Shown: positions 59,001 through 64,000 of the stretch, piece by piece
Numbering within the stretch: the stretch's first letter is position 1
Layout of the letters: each line of letters starts with the position of its first letter
Translations under genes and position numbers: made by a program
Assembly: GCA_964016885.1 (NCBI GenBank)
Contig: CAXHJY010001745.1
Span: 6,844 to 70,843 of the forward strand
DNA length: 64,000 nucleotides
Direction of reading: 5' to 3'
Source of the DNA: Eledone cirrhosa
Taxonomy: Eukaryota
Notes under the pieces: generated by a model
What the model was told of the DNA's origin: nothing
Database searches by the model: none
Seen by the model: only the letters and a program-made list of their open reading frames with translations

Positions 59001-60415
59001 AAGAATCAGACAGCCGGGACCCCACAAAACATTCTGTCAGACATTCTAATCACCCAGCCAAGAATCAGAGGGCCGGGACCCCACAAAACATTCTGTCAGG
59101 CATTCTAATCACCCAGCCAAGAATCAGACAGCCGGGACCCCACAAAACATTCTGTCAGACATTCTAATCACCCAGCCAAGAATCAGAGGGCCGGGACACC
59201 ACAAAACATTCTGTCAGACATTCTAATCACCCAGCCAAGAATCAGACCGCCGGGACACCACAAAACATTCTGTCAGACATTCTAATCACCCAGCCAAGAA
59301 TCAGACAGCCGGGACCCCACAAAACATTCTGTCAGACATTCTAATCACCCAGCCAAGAATCAGACAGCCGGGACCCCACAAAACATTCTGTCAGACATTC
59401 TAATCACCCAGCCAAGAATCAGACAGCCGGGACCCCACAAAACATTCTGTCAGACATTCTAATCACCCAGCCAAGAATCAGACAGCCGGGACCCCACAAA
59501 ACATTCTATCAGACATTCTAATCACCCAGCCAAGAATCAGACAGCCGGGACCCCACAAAACATTCTGTCAGACATTCTAATCACCCAGCCAAGAATCAGA
59601 CAGCCGGGACCCCACAAAACATTCTATCAGACATTCTAATCACCCAGCCAAGAATCAGACAGCCGGGACCCCACAAAACATTGTCAGACATTCTAATCAC
59701 CCAGCCAAGAATCAGACAGCCGGGACCCCACAAAACATTCTGTCAGACATTCTAATCACCCAGCCAAGAATCAGACAGCCGGGACCCCACAAAACATTGT
59801 CAGACATTATAATCACCCAGCCAAGAATCAGACAGCCGGGACCCCACAAAACATTCTGTCAGACATTCTAATCACCCAGCCAAGAATCAGACAGCCGGGA
59901 CACCACAAAACATTCTATCAGACATTCTAATCACTCAGCCAAGAATCAGACAGCCGGGACACCACAAAACATTCTATCAGACATTCTAATCACTCAGCCA
60001 AGAATCAGACAGCCGGGACACCACAAAACATTCTGTCAGACATTCTAATCACTCAGCCAAGAATCAGACAGCCGGGACACCACAAAACATTCTATCAGAC
60101 ATTCTAATCACTCAGCCAAGAATCAGACAGCCGGGACACCACAAAACATTCTATCAGACATTCTAATCACTCAGCCAAGAATCAGACAGCCGGGACACCA
60201 CAAAACATTCTATCAGACATTCTAATCACTCAGCCAAGAATCAGACAGCCGGGACCCCACAAAACATTCTATCAGACATTCTAATCACTCAGCCAAGAAT
60301 CAGACAGCCGGGACACCACAAAACATTCTATCAGACATTCTAATCACTCAGCCAAGAATCAGACAGCCGGGACCCCACAAAACATTGTCAGACATTCTAA
60401 TCACTCAGCCAATCA
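56007..60415. repeat. 4.4-kb minisatellite of 59-bp units (~75 copies) derived from a SINE head
   Basis: AATCAGACAGCCGGGACCCCACAAAACATTCTGTCAGACATTCTAATCACCCAGCCAAG; the left flank continues into the SINE A body (minus strand). Confidence 0.95.
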
Positions 60416-60539
60416 CCAATAATTAAATCACCATAAAAATACAATTCAATGTCTTTTTGATTCATATCAGAAACAAATAGGTTTTGTAGAAATAATTAGT
60501 ATTACGTTTAAAATAGTCGAGTCTAATAAGTTTTAATAG

Positions 60540-61100
60540 GTTCTTATTTAAGCACAAGGTCTATTATTTTGGGTGGCTGGGGGTGGGGGTGGGGGAGAAA
60601 CGTCGATTAAATCGACCCAAGTGCATTACTGGTATTATATTTTATCGATCTCATAATGATGAAAGGCAAAGTTAACCTCGGCGGGATTTGAACTCAGACT
60701 GTAAAGGGCCGTATCTGTGTGCCACGAAGTATAATGTCTGATGCTCTAGCGATTGCTATCAATCTACTGCCCTAGTAATAAGTTTTAATAGGCGTTCGTC
60801 TGTTAAGTTCGTTAAAGCATTAAAGTTAGGGCCCTTTACGTTCTAAATTCAAAATACTACCGAAGCCAACTTTGTCTTTCATACTTTCATGTCTGATAAA
60901 ATAAAGCAAAAGAACTGAAATCAATATAACTGAGTTACGGCCCTTTATGGTCTGAGTTCAAATCCTGCCGAGGTTAGCTTTGCCTTTCATCCTTACGGGG
61001 TCGATAAAATAAAGTACCAGTAATGTACTAGGGTCGATTTATCCGAACCCCCCCCCCGACTCCCCCCAAAATTGTTGGCCTTGTGTCTAAATCAGAAACT
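60540..61100. mobile_element. SINE family A copies (- 60540-60772; + partial copies 60830-61100)
   Basis: Consensus matches. Confidence 0.85.
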
Positions 61101-61446
61101 TATATAACTGAGTATTCCTCCTCCTCATCACCATCACCATCATCATCATCATTATCACCACCATCATCACCACTAAATTTCTGTCTTTGTTTCTGACGTA
61201 TCATATGTCGAAATTCCAAACTAGCGATACAATAAAATAGGTTTGTAAGTTGGCAGGTCGACCATCAATTTGAAAATCTGACAATACTTGAAAGTTACTT
61301 GGAAGCTATCTGAAATTATCTCCTTAATCATATCTCCTTAACTCAAATACACCGAGTGCTCAGCTATGAAGCATTTACTCTGCTAGCATTTACGTTGTTT
61401 GTTTTTTTTTATTTCAGTTATCATTTATTGTAGAAACAAATTTGTT

Positions 61447-62466
61447 TATGGGCATCTGGTTAGAATGTCTCAGGAAAGAATCGCTGGAGAGTCACTCCAG
61501 GAAGAGCTGCTACTTCTCCGAATTGACAGGTCACAGCTCCAATACTATGGGCATGTGGTTAGAATGTCTCAGGAAAGAATCGCTGGAGAGTCACTCCAGG
61601 AAGAGCTACTACTTCTCCGAATTGAGAGGTCACAGCTCCAATACTATGGGCATGTGGTTAGAATGTCTCAGGAAAGAATCGCTGGAGAGTCACTCCAGGA
61701 AGTGCTGCTACTTCTCCGAATTGAGAGGTCTCAGCTCCAATACTATGGGCATGTGGTTAGAATGTCTCAGGAAAGAATCGCTGGAGAGTCACTCCAGGAA
61801 GAGCTGCTACTTCTCCGAATTGAGAGGTCACAGCTCTGATACTATGGATATGTGGTTAGAATGTCTCAGGAAAGAATCGCTGGAGAGTCACTCCAGGAAG
61901 AGCTGCTACTTCTCCGAATTGAGAGGTCACAGCTCTGATACTATGGACATGTGGTTAGAATGTCTCAGGAAAGAATCGCTGGAGAGTCACTCCAGGAAGA
62001 GCTGCTACTTCTCCGAATTGAGAGGTCACAGCTCCAATACTATGGGCATGTGGTTAGAATGTCTCAGGAAAGAATCGCTGGAGAGTCACTCCAGGAAGTG
62101 CTGCTACTTCTCCGAATTGAGAGGTCACAGCTCCAATACTATGGGCATGTGGTTAGAATGTCTCAGGAAAGAATCGCTGGAGAGTCACTCCAGGAAGAGC
62201 CACTACTTCTCCGAATTGAGAGATTACAGCTTCGATACTATTGACATGTGGGTAGAATGTCTCAGGAAAGAATCGCTGGACAGATTTTACGGGCAAAACC
62301 AACAGGCAAGATGGTTGGGTAACATCCATGAGCTTGGCTGATGTCGCTTGGGGGATCCAGCCTAGATCAATTGGAGATAGTTGCTTCTGACAGGACCTGA
62401 TGGAAGGAGTGTTTGATTACTCTGTCTCCACGACCCTCTCAGGAATAAGTGGGCGAAGAAGAAGAA
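61447..62466 (+). mobile_element. RTE 3' fragment with 99-bp in-frame tandem array (~8 copies) and (GAA)n tail
   Basis: (LLLRIERSQLQYYGHVVRMSQERIAGESLQEEL)n followed by the RTE 3' end. Confidence 0.9.
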
Positions 62467-62539
62467 ATATCTCACGTATATTTCAACAGGAAGGAAAAAT
62501 CAAATAATGAAAAAAAAAGGGGTGAGAAGGGAAACGAAG

Positions 62540-62870
62540 GTGCAGACTTTACACCGCGCCCCTGTCTATGCGGCATATCTCAGCTGCGTCCCTCGGACGA
62601 GAGGGCGAAGACATTGCCGCGGAGAACAACCAGTGTCATCCACCGCATCAACCACACAATCTCACAGGGCTCCTTCCTCAGAAGGAGTCCATACCTTCCA
62701 ATTTTGCGGAGGAAAATGACAGTTCGTGACCCAAGGACACCAGAGCTCTTGACGTCAAATAAAGCCTCTTGCTCAAGGCCACAACGTGCCCTATAGTGCG
62801 GGCAGGAATCGAACTCACGACCACACGGTCTTGAACTGAACAACCTAACCACTAAACCACACGCCTCTAC
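62540..62870 (-). mobile_element. Chimera: SINE family B head fused to CRE-like 3' coding end
   Basis: tRNA-like head 62751-62870, then VKSSGVLGSRTVIFLRKIGR...EPCEIVWLMRWMTLVVLRGNVFALSS* to 62580. Confidence 0.75.
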
Positions 62871-63179
62871 GAAAATATGTAGGCCATAGAAAGTTGATGC
62901 AAATAATCTTCAGCATCCTGTCGTGTAGAAAGTAGGTCAACTTATCAAGTGTCCTGCGTCCTCTAAATAAATAAAAACTAGGAAGAGAAGACAAGAAAGA
63001 AGAAGAAAGAAGGGAAATCTTAAATGACAGAAAAGCCACAGAAATGATCTCCATCCGCACGCTACTGTGTAAGCCAATTATAGCGAGGCGAGTTTAAATT
63101 GAGATGAGTAGTCTGTTTATAAGTGCGTCCGTATTTAGAGTATTGGATCGCATTTGTTAAAAGTACTTAGAGTGAATAT

Positions 63180-63450
63180 AAAGGCGACGATTTGGCAGAA
63201 GCGTTAGAAGGGCGGCAGATAGAATACTTTGCGGTATCAGTTCTGGCTCTCTGCTCTCTGAGTTCGAACCCCACCGAAGTCAACTTTGCCTTTCATCCTT
63301 TCGGGGCCGATTAAAAAAAGGACCAGTCCAGTCCAGTACTGGCGTCGATTATCCCCCCCCCCTCTCTCTCCTTTTCTCGAAGAAATCGGCTGCGTTCAGA
63401 CCTGGATAGGGATGGGTTCCACTAGGTTTAAAATGTCCTACGGTTCCGTC
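63180..63450 (+). mobile_element. Older SINE family A subfamily with long tail
   Basis: Tail 63370-63445 is homologous to 29955-30060 (-), which follows the SINE at 30105-30225. Confidence 0.75.
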
Positions 63451-63504
63451 AGGATTTACGGGTCCATACATATATTGTTATCTGATCCATCACCGCTAGG
63501 TGAG

Positions 63505-63710
63505 ACAGCAACCCCTACTTCCCACCAACAGTCTCTCTTTTTTTCATTAAGGTTTGCAGGTCTTCCTTGTCAATTCCAGTATCCCTTGATAAGGTATCCT
63601 AGTATCTGAGCTTCTTTGCTAGAGCTAGAGGAAATCTCCCGCAACAAGAGGTCTGAAGCTATCTCATCTTTTGCGCGGAGGCAGTGACCAGCAAACTTTC
63701 TACGACGTCC
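63505..63710 (-). mobile_element. Decayed RTE-group LINE 3' fragment
   Basis: RRRKFAGHCLRAKDEIASDLLL. Confidence 0.6.
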
Positions 63711-64000
63711 ATACATAAAAGTTGTAGCTATAGAGAAGAAACAATGCGAATGTCTAAAGAACGATCATTAGGTTTTAATTATATTAAATTTTAATTGATT
63801 TTAATTGATTTTTTGCAGATGTTGATTAGCACTTGTTTTTCTGAACCCTGATTTTTAAAAATGAATTAAATTTAAATATAATCGATTAAAGTAAAAACAA
63901 TTACAAATATTATTTATAATGGAAATTAAATACTGAATGTTGGAGACGGTTGCTTCTGACAGGCCCGCTAGAGGGGCTGTTTGAGGGCTCTGCCCCCACG

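Noticed and set aside
48861-60415. Regular arrays as CRISPR loci
   Set aside because: Head-to-tail units with no unique spacers, no cas genes, animal context.
61442-62341. 299-aa repeat ORF
   Set aside because: Off-frame reading of the 99-bp RTE-derived array.

Overview
Repeat-saturated, AT-rich animal non-coding DNA with no supportable host-gene exon. The SINE set and very long (TA)n tracts suggest a cephalopod (Octopus-like) genome; this is an inference. The only intact long ORF is ORF2 (APE endonuclease + RT) of a full-length ~4.7 kb CR1-group LINE on the minus strand (~12035-16708), inserted in (TA)n. Its ORF1 (Myb/SANT-like + polyQ + two CCCH fingers) is broken by a 10-bp duplication and appears coupled to ORF2 by a -1 frameshift at T TTT TTA. 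The rest is: many Penelope-like element (PLE) remnants lodged in (TA)n carrying about 17 intact or degenerate minimal hammerhead (HHR) motifs; RTE, CRE, Helitron and hAT fragments; two tRNA-derived SINE families; and large minisatellites. Best leads: (1) several PLE palindromes are centred on hammerhead stem II, suggesting ribozyme-hairpin-directed fold-back during integration; (2) most minisatellites are traceable to internal pieces of retroelements still flanked by the parent sequence; (3) a tRNA-SINE head is fused to a CRE retrotransposon 3' end. Coordinates were read by eye, so element edges are approximate.
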